A stretch of DNA of 64,000 bases from an uncultured delta proteobacterium (GTDB lineage Bacteria > Myxococcota_A > Polyangia > Polyangiales > Polyangiaceae): the NCBI GenBank assembly GCA_963806225.1, contig CAWDXG010000001.1, forward strand, positions 1 to 64,000, given 5' to 3'. Position 1 is the stretch's first letter; every line of letters begins with the position of its first letter. The notes below the pieces were generated by a model that was not told the DNA's origin, made no database searches, and saw only the letters and a program-made list of their open reading frames with translations. This document shows positions 42,241-52,884 of this stretch, piece after piece. The position numbers were made by a program, and so were the translations under genes.

Positions 42241-43410
42241 TCAGGGGGCGAGCGAGTCGCAGTCGAAGCTGTCGGAGTGCAGGCCCGAGCCGCTGGCACT
42301 GAAGCTCGTCACGTCCACCGACCCGCTTACGCCGGCGTCGGTCTGTATGCTGATGAACACGCGCGCCTGCGTCGGCGCGAAAGTCACCGTCTTGGTCTCG
42401 GTGTGGCCGCTGATGGTCGCCGAGGTGGTCAGGGTATTGCCGGTTCTCGAGATTTCGAGCTGTCCCGACGAAGCCGGCGCGTATCCCGGGCCGGTGGACG
42501 ACGTGAAGCCCAGAAACGACCCGAGCACCGCGTAGTTCGGCGTCTTCGTCGCCCACAACCACGCTTCGTCGGCGTTTGCTTCCTTGACGGCCAGCATGAT
42601 CGTGACGCCGTTTCCGTCCTGGGTCGCGTCGCTCGTCAGGTTCTGGAACGCGACCTTGAAGTCGAAGTCGCCGAGCGTACCAACCTGGCGCACGGCGTAG
42701 GTCCCGCTCGTGTTGGTCCAGCATTGGCTCGGCGTGCCGGAAGTGGCGAGATGCAGCGACCCGTTGGCGACCGAGGCCGAGCTCTGGCTCGTGCCGCCGT
42801 CGCAACCGACCACCTTGCGCCAGAGCTTCCGGCACGAGCCGGAAGCGGGGCAGGTGTCGCAGCCGAGGCTGCCGACCTCGCCGACGCAGACCGCGTCCCA
42901 GGCGGTGCCGCAGCAGTAGTCGTCCTCCGCGCAGACGCAGGTCTGGGTGCTGAAGTCGTTGAACGACGAGCAGCCTCCCTGGGGGTCGAGGGAGCAGCAC
43001 GTATTGCCTGCGGTTCCACCCGCGCCTGCGGTTCCACCCGCGCCTGCGGTTCCACCCGCGCCTGCGGTTCCACTCGTTCCGCCGGTGCCTCCGGCTCCGG
43101 TGCCGGAGGAGCCACCGCTGCCTGCGCTGCCGCCCACGCCTGCGCTGCCGCCGCCGGTGCCGGCCGACGCTCCTGTGCCCTGTGAGCCCGCAGTCCCCGC
43201 CCCGCCGTCAGTCCCCGCACCGCCACCCGTTGCGCTGCCGGAGCTGCCGCTGCTGCCGGCCATGCCACCGTCCTTGCCGCCCGCGCCACCCGCACCCTGG
43301 TCTTTCGAGCTGCTGCACGCGCTCACGAGCAACGCACTGGCCAACGCGATGAACCGGATCGCGCCCGCCGCTCGAAACCATCTACACCCGGGTCCATCGG
43401 CCGTACGCAT
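42241..43410 (-). CDS. Gly-rich lipoprotein of unknown function
   Basis: LVSAC lipobox, (GGTAGA)n, CVCAEDDYCCGTAWDAVC. Confidence 0.8.
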   Translation of the reverse strand: MRTADGPGCRWFRAAGAIRFIALASALLVSACSSSKDQGAGGAGGKDGGMAGSSGSSGSATGGGAGTDGGAGTAGSQGTGASAGTGGGSAGVGGSAGSGGSSGTGAGGTGGTSGTAGAGGTAGAGGTAGAGGTAGNTCCSLDPQGGCSSFNDFSTQTCVCAEDDYCCGTAWDAVCVGEVGSLGCDTCPASGSCRKLWRKVVGCDGGTSQSSASVANGSLHLATSGTPSQCWTNTSGTYAVRQVGTLGDFDFKVAFQNLTSDATQDGNGVTIMLAVKEANADEAWLWATKTPNYAVLGSFLGFTSSTGPGYAPASSGQLEISRTGNTLTTSATISGHTETKTVTFAPTQARVFISIQTDAGVSGSVDVTSFSASGSGLHSDSFDCDSLAP

Positions 43411-43516
43411 GGCCGGAGCGTAGGTGTGCACACAGAGGCCCCACAAGGACACCCGGCGCCAATCGCCGGGACACTCCGCGCCATGCAGCGCCCCGAACCC
43501 CGGCGTGCGGCGTCGG

Positions 43517-44775
43517 CCGACGCCGCCTCGGGGCGCACGGCATCCGCGCCGGCAAGGGCGGCGCGGTCACCGCCGTGCAACGGGTCTCGAGCGATCTGCG
43601 GCTCAATCCCCACTTCCACACGCTGGCGCTGGATGGAGTGTTCGCCGAAGACGAGGAGGGCGGCGAGCTCTCGTTCCACGCGCTGCCGTGTCTCACCAAC
43701 GACGACGTCGCCGACCTCTTGCAGATCGCGCGCACGCGCATCCTCGCGCTCCTCCGTCGCAAGCGCGTGATCACCGACGACGCCGTCACGGCCGACGCCG
43801 CGCTCGGCGAGAGCGAGCCCGCGCTGGCAGAGCTCGCCGTCGCCTCGACGCTCGGCAGCGTGCCGGCAGGACCCGCGCTGCGCCGCCGCGAGCCCGTCCG
43901 GCTGCGCGACGACCGCGGCCTGGAAGTCACCAAGGGTCTGTGCGCCGTGGAGGGCGGCTTCTCGCTCCATGCCGCCACTACCGCGAGCGCCAGCGACGTT
44001 GCGGGAAAGGAAGCCCTCTGCCGCTACATCCTCCGCCCGCCGATCGCCGCCGAGCGCGTGCAGCTCGTCGAGGGCGACCTCGTCCGCCTGGTGCTGAAGC
44101 GGCCGTTCAGCGACGGGACATTCGCCATCGATCTGGATCCGCTCTCGCTCCTCTGCCGGCTCGCGACGGCGGTGCCGCCCCCGCGCTTCAACACGGTGAG
44201 ATACGCCGGCGTGCTCGCGGCGGCGAGCAAGTGGCGCGCGCGCATCGTGCCGCCGCTGCCACCGGAAACAGGCAGCGACGACGAGTGCGCGAGGTGCACC
44301 GCCAGGAAGGCCAAGCCGGCCACCCACCGCTCGGGTTATCGCCCGTGGGCGGAGCTCTTGAAGCGCTCCTTCCGCATCGAGGTCGAGCGCTGCAGCAAGT
44401 GCGGCGGACGCTTGAAAATGCGCGCGCTGGTGATCACCGCCGCCGGCATCCGCCGCTACCTCCGCTGGCTCGGCGAGGCCAGCGAGCCGCCCGCGCTCGC
44501 GCCCGCGCGGGGGCCGCCGTTCTTTTCGAGCCGCGTCATCCGCCGAAGGCTCGGTGAGCCCGTGCAGGCGGAGCTGTTCGACGCGCACTGAACGCGCCGT
44601 CGCCGGCGCACCGGTGCGCCTCGAGCGCGCTACCCGCCGCGACGCAGGCCCGACCGAGCGCCGAATGGCCACGCCGCAGCCTTCCTATCCGCCCTGGCAA
44701 CCGCACCTGCTCCCTTGCCGCCCGGAGCCTGCGCGCCCTGGCGTCGCGGGCGGGACGCTCATGTTACCTACGCGC
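43517..44775 (+). mobile_element. Family-B copy, 5'-truncated (1259 bp)
   Basis: Near-identical to about 9868-11126. Confidence 0.93.
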
Positions 44776-45376
44776 CGTTGAGCAGCGGGACGAAACCGGT
44801 GTTGGTCTTCCGCCGGGCATGGACCCCGTAGAGACTGGTCTCGGCGTCGCGGATCTTTCCGGTGAAACCGAGCGCGACGTCGAGGTCTTCCGTCCAGACG
44901 ATGCTGTAGCGATAGGTCAGGCGGTACGAATCGAAACGGTAGACAGCAAAGAGCGGCGTTCCCGCTGGATAGGTCGCGTCCATGAACTGGACGTCCCGGT
45001 CCATGCTGCCGCGGGCATCGAGCTGGAGGGGTGCGTAGAGTGCCGTGATCAGGTGACGGTCTGCGATGCGATAACCCAGCCGCACCCGGAAAGCCGGTGC
45101 GGGCGACGTGGAGAGATCGTGGACGAACGAAAGCTTGGTGCCGCTGTCGCCCGGGATGCGCGTGTCGATGCGGCTCGGCACCACGACCGAGGCCTCGACC
45201 TCTGCCTCGACGCCGGCCGACGCGTGGCCAGTAGAAAGAGCAATCGTCAGCGCCGTTCCAAGTGAAAGCGAAAGCGAAAGCGTCCTCGAGTGACGGACCG
45301 CCCGGCGTGGGCCGTGGAGCACAGCCCATCGGGCCCGTGCGGGCGGTCTTCCGGTCCGGCGTGTCTCGCTATGCAT
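44776..45376 (-). pseudogene. Outer-membrane beta-barrel-like protein, 3'-truncated by element B
   Basis: Signal-like segment, AFRVRLGY..YAPL..YRFDSYRLTYRY..GFTGKIRDA..GFVPLLN; the stop codon comes from the element end. Confidence 0.7.
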
Positions 45377-45492
45377 GCTCCCCCCCTTTCATGGCGTGGT
45401 CTGCACGAGGTGTGCCGGCACTCCGGCTGTCACCGACCTGCGATTCCGCCGACGGCCAGCCTCGAGCGCGCAGCCAAGGCGCCCGCGGCCGT

Positions 45493-45920
45493 TCACCTCG
45501 GCAGGGATTGCGTCGTTGTCATCAAGTCCGGCCCGAGAACCCCGCAGCACATGCCGCCGCCCACCATGAAGCAGATCCCGCCGAACATCCGGCGCTCGGT
45601 CACGTCCTCCGCTTGTTCGGCGAGGACGCGGCGGATCCTGCCTGCGAGCTTCTCGTCGCAGGCCACGGCGCTCGAGCCGCAGGCGCTGAACGGCGCGCTG
45701 TCGAAGTAGATCTCGAACGAGTCGATGTGGTCGTCCTTCACCGCGAAGAACTCCACCACGTCGCAGGTGAAGGGACTGCCCGCCGGTGGCTTCCACCTGG
45801 TAACGTCCTCCGACCCTGAGCTCGAAGCTCGCCGTCTGTCCCATCCAGCGCGTTGCCTTTCTTGGATCGGCCAGGAGCTGCCAGACGACGTGGCGGTTCA
45901 GCTCGACGGTGAACGACTTC
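45493..45920 (-). pseudogene. Three fused fragments: SRPBCC-like, SnoaL-like and TfoX-N-like
   Basis: VWQLLADP..RWMG..FELRVGGRY; VEFFAVKDDHIDSFEIYFDSAPF; DEKLAGRIRRVL..TERRMFGGICFMVGGGMCCGV. Confidence 0.65.
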
Positions 45921-46349
45921 AACTACTACGGGCCGCTGTCGAAGATGGCGGGGATCGGCTGCGCGTGGCCGGCGGGGCTCGCGACGCACGCGAACGACCC
46001 GGTGTTCTGGGCGACGGCGGGCGGCAAGACGTACACGAGCTGGATGCAGACGCCGGCGTGCAACATCGCGCTGGCGACCTGGTACTACTTCGAGAACGCG
46101 ACGGGCAACGGCGGGCAGACTCCGATCTACACGTACCAGTACTGCAAGGGGCAGGGCATCGCGGGCGACATGGTCATAGGTCTGCTCTCGCACCTCGAGG
46201 GCCCGGGCTTCCCCCGCCCCCCCGACGCCACGAACCCCTACGTCACCGGCATCAAGTCGCGCTTCGTGACGCTCATCGGCGGCACCTTGCCGAGCCCGGA
46301 ACCGTTCACGGAGTCGCTGGTGCCGGAGGTTACGAAGTACTGCAAGTGA
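45909..46349 (+). pseudogene. 3' fragment of an unknown gene
   Basis: Strongly coding-like ORF without a native start; its last ~160 bp recur at 47031-47190. Confidence 0.6.
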
Positions 46350-46408
46350 CGTTGCGTGCGCGCGGAGAACGGGCTTGCGGAAGCGCCCTGCCAGGGTATG
46401 ATTTCCGT

Positions 46409-46636
46409 ATGCAGAAGGCGCGCGTGACGGTGACGGTACGCCGTGAGATCCTGGACAAGGCCGAGCGGCAGGTGAAGAAGGGGCGTGCCAAGTCGGTCAG
46501 TGCCTGGGTGGACTCGGCGATGGAGGAGAAGGCGCGGCGCGAGGAGCTCGCGGCCTTGCTCGCCGAGATGAAAGCAGAGAACGGCCGGGCTACCGCCAAG
46601 GAGGAGGCGTGGGCGCGCGCCGTCCTCGGCCTGTAG
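46409..46636 (+). CDS. Ribbon-helix-helix-like antitoxin
   Basis: KARVTVTVRREIL..GRAKSVSAWVDSAM; overlaps the PIN toxin. Confidence 0.8.
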   Translation: MQKARVTVTVRREILDKAERQVKKGRAKSVSAWVDSAMEEKARREELAALLAEMKAENGRATAKEEAWARAVLGL

Positions 46637-47001
46637 TCCTCGACGCGGGCGCGTTCATCGCTTTCGAGAAGAACGACCGCAGGGTCAGGACGCTGGTGGA
46701 GCTGGCGATGCGGCACGGCGGAGTCCTCCTCGCTCCGGCCGGCGTTGTGGCACAGGTGTGGCGCAACGGCCGGCGCCAGGCACGGCTGGCGCGCTTGCTG
46801 GGCTCGGGCATCGTCAGAGTCGAGGCGCTCGACCAGGAGGAAGCGCAGGCCGTCGGGGTGGTGTGCGGCGAAAGCGGGACGAAGGATGTGGTCGACGCCA
46901 GCGTGGCGCTCCTTTCGCGACGCCACGGCGCTGTGGTGGTGACGAGCGATCCGGATGACCTCAAGGCGATCGACGCTAGCCTGCAGGTCGTGGAGTGCTG
47001 A
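46609..47001 (+). CDS. PIN-domain (VapC-like) toxin
   Basis: VVLDAGAFIA..VVAQVWR..DVVDASV..VVTSDPDDL. Confidence 0.88.
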   Translation: MGARRPRPVVLDAGAFIAFEKNDRRVRTLVELAMRHGGVLLAPAGVVAQVWRNGRRQARLARLLGSGIVRVEALDQEEAQAVGVVCGESGTKDVVDASVALLSRRHGAVVVTSDPDDLKAIDASLQVVEC

Positions 47002-47030
47002 GCCGCATGGGCGCAACAGGCCCGCCAATG

Positions 47031-47190
47031 CCTCGAGGGCCCCGGCTTCCGCCGCCCCCCCCGACGCCACGAACCCCTACGTCGTCGGCGTCAAGTCGCG
47101 CTTCGTCACGCTGATCGGCGGCACACTGCCGAGCCCCGATCCGTTCACGGAGTCGCTGGTGCCGGAGGTGACGAAGTACTGCAAGTGACG
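47031..47190 (+). repeat. Diverged direct repeat of 46193-46351
   Basis: Same C-terminus ..PDATNPYV.G.KSRFVTLIGGTLPSP.PFTESLVPEVTKYCK*, mostly synonymous differences. Confidence 0.9.
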
Positions 47191-47209
47191 GGGGCTCGAC
47201 GCCCGCGCG

Positions 47210-47803
47210 TCAGGGGCCGCCCATAGCGCAGGTGTAGTCGGGGACGCCGGTGCACGCGACGAGCGCGGCAAAGCAACCGTGGGCGCACAAGCACGCGTTG
47301 CACTGCACCTTGCTGGCGAGACAGTCGGTGATGCAGTTCTGCAACCCGCAGGCCGTGACGTCCACGAAGCACATGGCGCAACCCTGCGAAAAAGCGTGCT
47401 TCGTCTGCTGCTCGATGCACGCCAGCGTGCAAGCGTTTGGATCCGGCTGGCTCGGGCAGGGCAGCGCACACGCTTGCGCGATGTCGTACACGGAGCCCAT
47501 CCCCCCATCCTGAAGCGGGTAGCTCGCCTTGTACGCGGCCAGGTCGGCGGGGTCGGTGCAGTGGCCCGAGACAGGCGTTGTGCCGGCCGAGTCTCCGGCT
47601 TCCAGGGTCACGCCCCCGTCGAAGACCGGACCGCTGCCGCCCGTGGTGGCGGCGTTCGCGCCGGCGCCCACGGCTCCGCTTCCGCCGCTTCCGCCGTTTC
47701 CGCCGCTTGCGTTGCCCGCGTCACCCGCGCCCGACACCACCGAGCCACCGCAACCGGCGGCCAGCAGAAGGCCTAGCAGGATCGATCGTCCACGAACGCG
47801 CAT
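47210..47803 (-). CDS. Cys-rich lipoprotein
   Basis: LLAAGC, Gly linker, Cys-rich C-terminal domain. Confidence 0.82.
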   Translation of the reverse strand: MRVRGRSILLGLLLAAGCGGSVVSGAGDAGNASGGNGGSGGSGAVGAGANAATTGGSGPVFDGGVTLEAGDSAGTTPVSGHCTDPADLAAYKASYPLQDGGMGSVYDIAQACALPCPSQPDPNACTLACIEQQTKHAFSQGCAMCFVDVTACGLQNCITDCLASKVQCNACLCAHGCFAALVACTGVPDYTCAMGGP

Positions 47804-48165
47804 CGCACCCTCCTGGACCCATTCTAGCAGATTGCGCCGGCCCATCGGGAAACACGGACAGGCGCTCTTGCCGGCGCTGTACCATGGCGAATGCGACGAC
47901 GGCATTCACGCTGTGCTTCCCCCCCGGATGTCGCGTGCCGGTCTGGTCTTGGTCCTTGTTGCGCTGGGCGCATGCGCTGCTCGCGAGGGCGCCAAACCGA
48001 CCAGGCGAAGGGCGCGACCCAGCGACCCGATGTGCCGGGAGATCCGCTCTGCAGCGAAGAGAAGGTCGGCCCGCGCCACGAGCCGGCGCTCGACTGCGAC
48101 ACGAACGAGGTCGTCCCCCGCGGAACGGTCGGTTCGTGCGGACGTTGCACTGAGAGACCAGCGGA

Positions 48166-48560
48166 TCACTGGTGCCGCTTCGGGTCGATCATCTCGACCT
48201 CGACGGCGGAGCTCGGCGGCTCGTAGACGGGCTTGTCGCCGCTGTCGACCAGCTCGAAGCGGCTCTTCGCGATGCCGTCTGCGACGAAGCGGGCGAGCAC
48301 TGCCTTCATCCGTCGCTCTGCCAGCGCGGGGTTGTGCTCGGACTTGTCGTAGTGGCCGCGGATCTGCATGCGCTTCTCGCAGCGGATCTTCATGTCGGCG
48401 GCGATCTGATCCACGTCGGCGTTGGCCTGGGCGTCGAGCTTCGCGGAGCCCGGCGCGAAGCGAACGAGGTGGGGCATCACGCGGCAACCCTCGAGCGTCA
48501 GCAAACGCTTCCCGCGGATGTCGCTCTGCCACGCGCGTTGGAACGCGCGCGCCGACTCTG
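48166..48560 (-). pseudogene. OmpA-like C-terminal domain, 5'-truncated
   Basis: VRFAPGSAKL..IRGHYD..LAERRMKAV..GIAKSRF. Confidence 0.7.
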
Positions 48561-48735
48561 CGCCGGCGCACCGGTGCGCCTCGAGCGCGCTACCCGCCGC
48601 GACGCAGGCCCGACCGAGCGCCGAATGGCCACGCCGCAGCCTTCCTATCCGCCCTGGCAACCGCACCTGCTCCCTTGCCGCCCGGAGCCTGCGCGCCCTG
48701 GCGTCGCGGGCGGGACGCTCATGTTACCTACGCGC
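48561..48735 (+). mobile_element. Family-B end module only (175 bp, non-coding)
   Basis: Identical to 10952-11126. Confidence 0.93.
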
Positions 48736-49181
48736 CGCGCTGGCGAGGCAAGCGGGTCTTTTGCGCAGCGCCGGAGTCGGACCGCATCAATCCACTCGTG
48801 CAGGCGTGTCAGCACTTCTACCCATGGGACGGTGCTTTTCTACGCGCGGACCGGGCGCTTTTCGACGCGCTCGCTCCGGGGTCGACGCTGGACCGATTCG
48901 TCACGACCGCAGGTGCCACGCACTTGTCCGTCAGTGCGGACGTTGCCGCCATCTGTGTGACGCGTTCAAGTGGCGGCTTCGCGGAGCTCCACGTCAAGAA
49001 CTTGGAGAAGGAATGGGCCGGTAGGTTCAGGCTTGAGCGGACAAAGCCGGGCGTCGTTCGGATGATTGCTCGCCCCGCTTCGGCCGAGGCATTCCCAGCC
49101 ATGCCCGTCGTGATGCAGGGCTTGACGCGGCACGTCGCAGCGTTTTCGGAAGCGGCTTGGTTCGGGCGCTGGGGCAAGTGA
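48736..49181 (+). pseudogene. 3' fragment of an unknown gene
   Basis: Open frame from the element end to TGA at 49181. Confidence 0.5.
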
Positions 49182-49202
49182 TGTGCCGTGAGCGGCGCCG
49201 CA

Positions 49203-49604
49203 TCACCGACCCCGCCTCGTGCGTTCCGCGTCGAGTGCGATCACCTCGCCGCCAGCGCCCGCGCGTGCCAGGCGCCGCGCTTCCAGCTCCCCGGCGATCT
49301 GTTGCACGACTTCCCAACGCTGGGCCTCGGCGGCCAGCACGAGGGCCCGCGCCAGGGCCGTCTCGACAACGCCGCTGAGTGCTGGGGCGTCGGCAGTTGT
49401 CGGACCCTGAGCGCGGCGCTCAGGGTCATCGACGGGGGAGGTCACGGTGCTGGCGCTCCCGGGTGGAGTCCGAATCGTCCCGAATCGTCCAGGGCCACCA
49501 GTATTCGTGGGGTTAGGCCCGCTGTCGCCGGGGTCGGGACCTTGGGCGACCGCGGCCGATTCCCCTTGATTCCTGCTGGATCGTGGGCTCTTCGCCCGGT
49601 TCAA
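49203..49604 (-). CDS. Second 'ELEARR' hypothetical ORF next to a tRNA fragment
   Basis: VETALARALVLAAEAQRWEVVQQIAGELEARR..VIALDAERTRRGR; start uncertain. Confidence 0.5.
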   Translation of the reverse strand: MNRAKSPRSSRNQGESAAVAQGPDPGDSGPNPTNTGGPGRFGTIRTPPGSASTVTSPVDDPERRAQGPTTADAPALSGVVETALARALVLAAEAQRWEVVQQIAGELEARRLARAGAGGEVIALDAERTRRGR

Positions 49605-49619
49605 GTCCTCTCCTTCGCA
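49598..49619 (+). other. 3' end of a tRNA-Leu, att-like remnant
   Basis: GGTTCAAGTCCTCTCCTTCGCA = T-loop plus acceptor 3' strand complementary to GCGAAGG at 8947-8953. Confidence 0.75.
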
Positions 49620-49735
49620 GTGTTCGTCGCGTGACGTCGAAGTTCTCGCCCCGGGATCTCCCGGGGGCGCCGGACTTCGGCCTCATGTTCGGCCCTGGCC
49701 CTGGGCGTCCCTGGATCGTGAAGAGCGGCATCTAG

Positions 49736-49976
49736 CCGATGGAGCCCCGCGAATTCCTCGCTCGTCCCGCCCCCGGGCCGGACGTGGGCCGCGGGGACGG
49801 ATGGGGTGGGCCTGCTGGGGTACCTGGTTGGGTGTCCCCCCATAGAAGGTAGGACAAGCGACCGTCCGTAGGCGCGGGATGGCGCGAGCGCCGTCGGCCA
49901 GGAGCTCTTCGGGACCGAGGCGGTGGCGCGCAGCGAGCGCAGGCGGACCTGCGTGCTGGTGGAAATACCTAGATAC
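49736..49976 (+). mobile_element. Remnant of a third IS91-like element (short transposase piece plus ori-like end)
   Basis: MEPREFLAR matches transposase-A MEPLEFLAR; ends GGTGGAAATACCTAGATAC, with the same CCT+6 nt layout as the other ends. Confidence 0.55.
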
Positions 49977-50111
49977 CGGAGTCGGTATGCGTGATCGCCG
50001 TGGGCATGATGCTGGTGACATGGCCCCAGCGTCGATGACCTTGAATACGAATTAGCAGCGGAAGTGCATCGGGATCGGATACCCTTCGTCCAGGACTCCG
50101 GAGGTTCAACC

Positions 50112-52685
50112 TTGAAACACTTCGCTTTGATGTGCGCCTCGGTGGTTTGTGTCGTGGCGTTCGCTTCCGTCGCCTCGGCCACGGACTACACATGGATTGG
50201 CCCGTCGAGCTGCTCCAGCCCGCCGTGCGGAGGCGACTGGACCACCTCGGCCTACTGGAGCCCGAACGGCGTACCGGGCTCCGGCGATACCGCGACGATC
50301 AATGGCGCGGGCGACCCGAACACGACGGGCATCACCAGCGCAACGGCCACCGTGGCCAAGCTGACCGTCACCGGCAATACGGAGTTGCCGGACTGCATTC
50401 TCACTATCAAAGCGGGCGGCACGTTCAAGTGGACCGGCGGAAGCAAGGCCAGCATCGGCGGCAAGCTGACGATCAGCGCCGGTGCGAGCGGGACCCTCGA
50501 CGGCGAGCTCGAGCTGGCCGGGGGCGAGCTGGACAACGCCGGAACGCTCGACTGGACGGCGGGCGTGCTCTCCGGCGACAACAGCGCGATCTTCAGGAAC
50601 TCGGGCACGATGACCGTGTCGCCCGGCGCGAGCTTCGGATACGGCAGCGGCACGGACGACGCTGATCTCTACAACACGGGCACGTTCACCTTCACGGGGC
50701 CCGGCACGCTCTCGGACGAAAATGGCTACTGGGGACTGCACAACTCCGGAACCGTGACGGTGTCGAGCGGCACGTTCGAGCTCCACAACTCCGGCAACAC
50801 CAAGAGCACGTTCGAGGACGGCGGGCACATCTCGGGCGCAGGCACGCTGAAGCTCTACGAGCCGCTGCAGCAGTTCGGTACCGCTTCGTCCGAAACCGAC
50901 GCCACATTCACCGGCACGACGACCATCGACGCCGGCGGTACGCTCGAATTCGCCCACGGCTCGAACGTCGACGGCAACGGTACGATCGCGGGGCCGGGAA
51001 CGCTGGTGTGGAGCGGGGGCACCATTGCCGCCAACTCCCCGGCGGCCCCACTGGTCTGGAACGCGAGCCTGGTCGTGAAGATGACCGGCAGCGACGTGAA
51101 GAACCTGATCGGAACCATCGACAACAACGGCAAGGTCACGTGGGATGCCGGCGACTTCGGCGCTTCCCAGGGGGCCACGTTTGTCAACTCGGGAGACTTC
51201 ACGGCGACGGACGATCTCGCCATGGTCTACGGCCCGTCGGGCGGAGTGAACGGGGCGCTGTTCCAGAACAAGGGAACGTTCACAAAGTCCGGAGGTCCGG
51301 GCGCGGCCACGGTCGATCTGTGGAACTTCGAGAACGACGGCAAGGTCGACGCCGCCAGCGGCACGCTGGAGGTGCACGGCCCTCTCGAACATGCCATCAA
51401 CGACGGGTCGAGCTTCGACGGACACGTGACATACGGGGGGGCCGCGAGCTCGAGCCAGTCCGTGGTCGCGTTGACCGGCGCGACGACGTTGAACGCCGGA
51501 GCGACGCTCGAGCTGTCGACCCATGGCCAACTCACCGGCAACGGCACAGTCGCCGGTTCGGGCAAGACGCTGTTCACTGGCGGCGGGGCGGACGTCGCTG
51601 ACAAGGCTTCGATCACATTCGGCAAGGGCGGCGCCGTGGAGCTGGCGGACAATCCGTCGCAGAACGTGTTCTCGACGGCCGGCACCGGCGCGCTCACGTT
51701 CGCCGGCACCACCACGTGGACAGCGGGACAAGTGGAGCTGGATACCGGCACACTCACCAATACCGGCACGTTCACGGCGAAGACGGCGGCGCTCTTCACC
51801 GTGAACGGATTGGGTGCGACATTCGACAACCAGGGCACGCTCGTCGTCGATCCCGGTAGCGGAACCACGCAGTTCGACATCAGCATCAACGACTCGGGCA
51901 CGGTGAACGTGAAGAGCGGTACGGCCTGGTTGTCGGGCTACACCACGTACGTCCAGACCGCCGGAAGCCTCATGCTGACCGGCGGGGACATCGCGGCGTA
52001 CGTCGACAGCGGCGACCCCAAGAACCCCGGCAATCCGCTGACGCTCGACCTCAAGGGCGGTCGCCTGGAAGGCGCGGGCAACATCGACGCGGTCGTGAAC
52101 AACGAGGGCGGGACAGTCGCGCCGGGTGGCAGCGGGGCCGCGGGCACACTCAAGATCACGCAGACGTACACGCAGGCGTCCAAGGCCGGCATCGAGATCG
52201 AGCTGGGCGGCAACGCCACGGGGAAGTTCGACACGCTCGACGTGGCGGGCGACGCGACCCTGGACGGCACGATCAGCGTCGGGCTTGTCGGGAGCTTCCT
52301 GCCCGCGGTGGGCGACAGCTACAAGGTCATCACCTCGCCGAATGTCACGGGCACTTTCGCCGACGTCACGCAGTCGCCCAACGCGACCGTGAACGTGACG
52401 TACGATCCGACCGACGTGGTGCTCGGCGTGACCAGCGTGACTCCCCCGATGCCGGGCTCGGACGGCGGCACGAACCCGGACGGCGGCACGAACCCGGGCA
52501 CAGACGGCGGCACGAACCCGGGCACAGACGGCGGCGGCGACGCCGGCACGCCGCAGGCCGGCGGTGGCAGCGGCTCCGGAAGCGGAGGCTGTTCGATCGC
52601 CGCGCCCGGCGGCGCGGGCTCGTCGTTCGCAGCGTTGTTGGCACTCGCCGGTGCGGCCCTGCTGTTGCGGCGCCGACGGCGCTGA
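50112..52685 (+). CDS. Large beta-helix/adhesin-like surface protein with MYXO-CTERM-type tail
   Basis: GGAGG RBS then TTG; signal peptide; G/T/N-rich repeats; (DGGTNP)n; GGCSI..hydrophobic..RRRRR. Confidence 0.9.
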   Translation: MKHFALMCASVVCVVAFASVASATDYTWIGPSSCSSPPCGGDWTTSAYWSPNGVPGSGDTATINGAGDPNTTGITSATATVAKLTVTGNTELPDCILTIKAGGTFKWTGGSKASIGGKLTISAGASGTLDGELELAGGELDNAGTLDWTAGVLSGDNSAIFRNSGTMTVSPGASFGYGSGTDDADLYNTGTFTFTGPGTLSDENGYWGLHNSGTVTVSSGTFELHNSGNTKSTFEDGGHISGAGTLKLYEPLQQFGTASSETDATFTGTTTIDAGGTLEFAHGSNVDGNGTIAGPGTLVWSGGTIAANSPAAPLVWNASLVVKMTGSDVKNLIGTIDNNGKVTWDAGDFGASQGATFVNSGDFTATDDLAMVYGPSGGVNGALFQNKGTFTKSGGPGAATVDLWNFENDGKVDAASGTLEVHGPLEHAINDGSSFDGHVTYGGAASSSQSVVALTGATTLNAGATLELSTHGQLTGNGTVAGSGKTLFTGGGADVADKASITFGKGGAVELADNPSQNVFSTAGTGALTFAGTTTWTAGQVELDTGTLTNTGTFTAKTAALFTVNGLGATFDNQGTLVVDPGSGTTQFDISINDSGTVNVKSGTAWLSGYTTYVQTAGSLMLTGGDIAAYVDSGDPKNPGNPLTLDLKGGRLEGAGNIDAVVNNEGGTVAPGGSGAAGTLKITQTYTQASKAGIEIELGGNATGKFDTLDVAGDATLDGTISVGLVGSFLPAVGDSYKVITSPNVTGTFADVTQSPNATVNVTYDPTDVVLGVTSVTPPMPGSDGGTNPDGGTNPGTDGGTNPGTDGGGDAGTPQAGGGSGSGSGGCSIAAPGGAGSSFAALLALAGAALLLRRRRR

Positions 52686-52884
52686 GCGACGCGGGCGCGG
52701 CGCGCAGCCCAGGACGAGCCCGGTCATCGCGATGCGCTGCCGGTACTCGCCGGGGGCCGGGCGCTGCCGCGCACCTGCCAGACACGTCCCGGCATCGTGA
52801 TCCCCACAATCGCCGGAAGGGGTTACCCTGGGCGACGAGCGCTCGAGCCCTACCATGCAGTCACCAGGTCCCGCAGTTCCGGCC

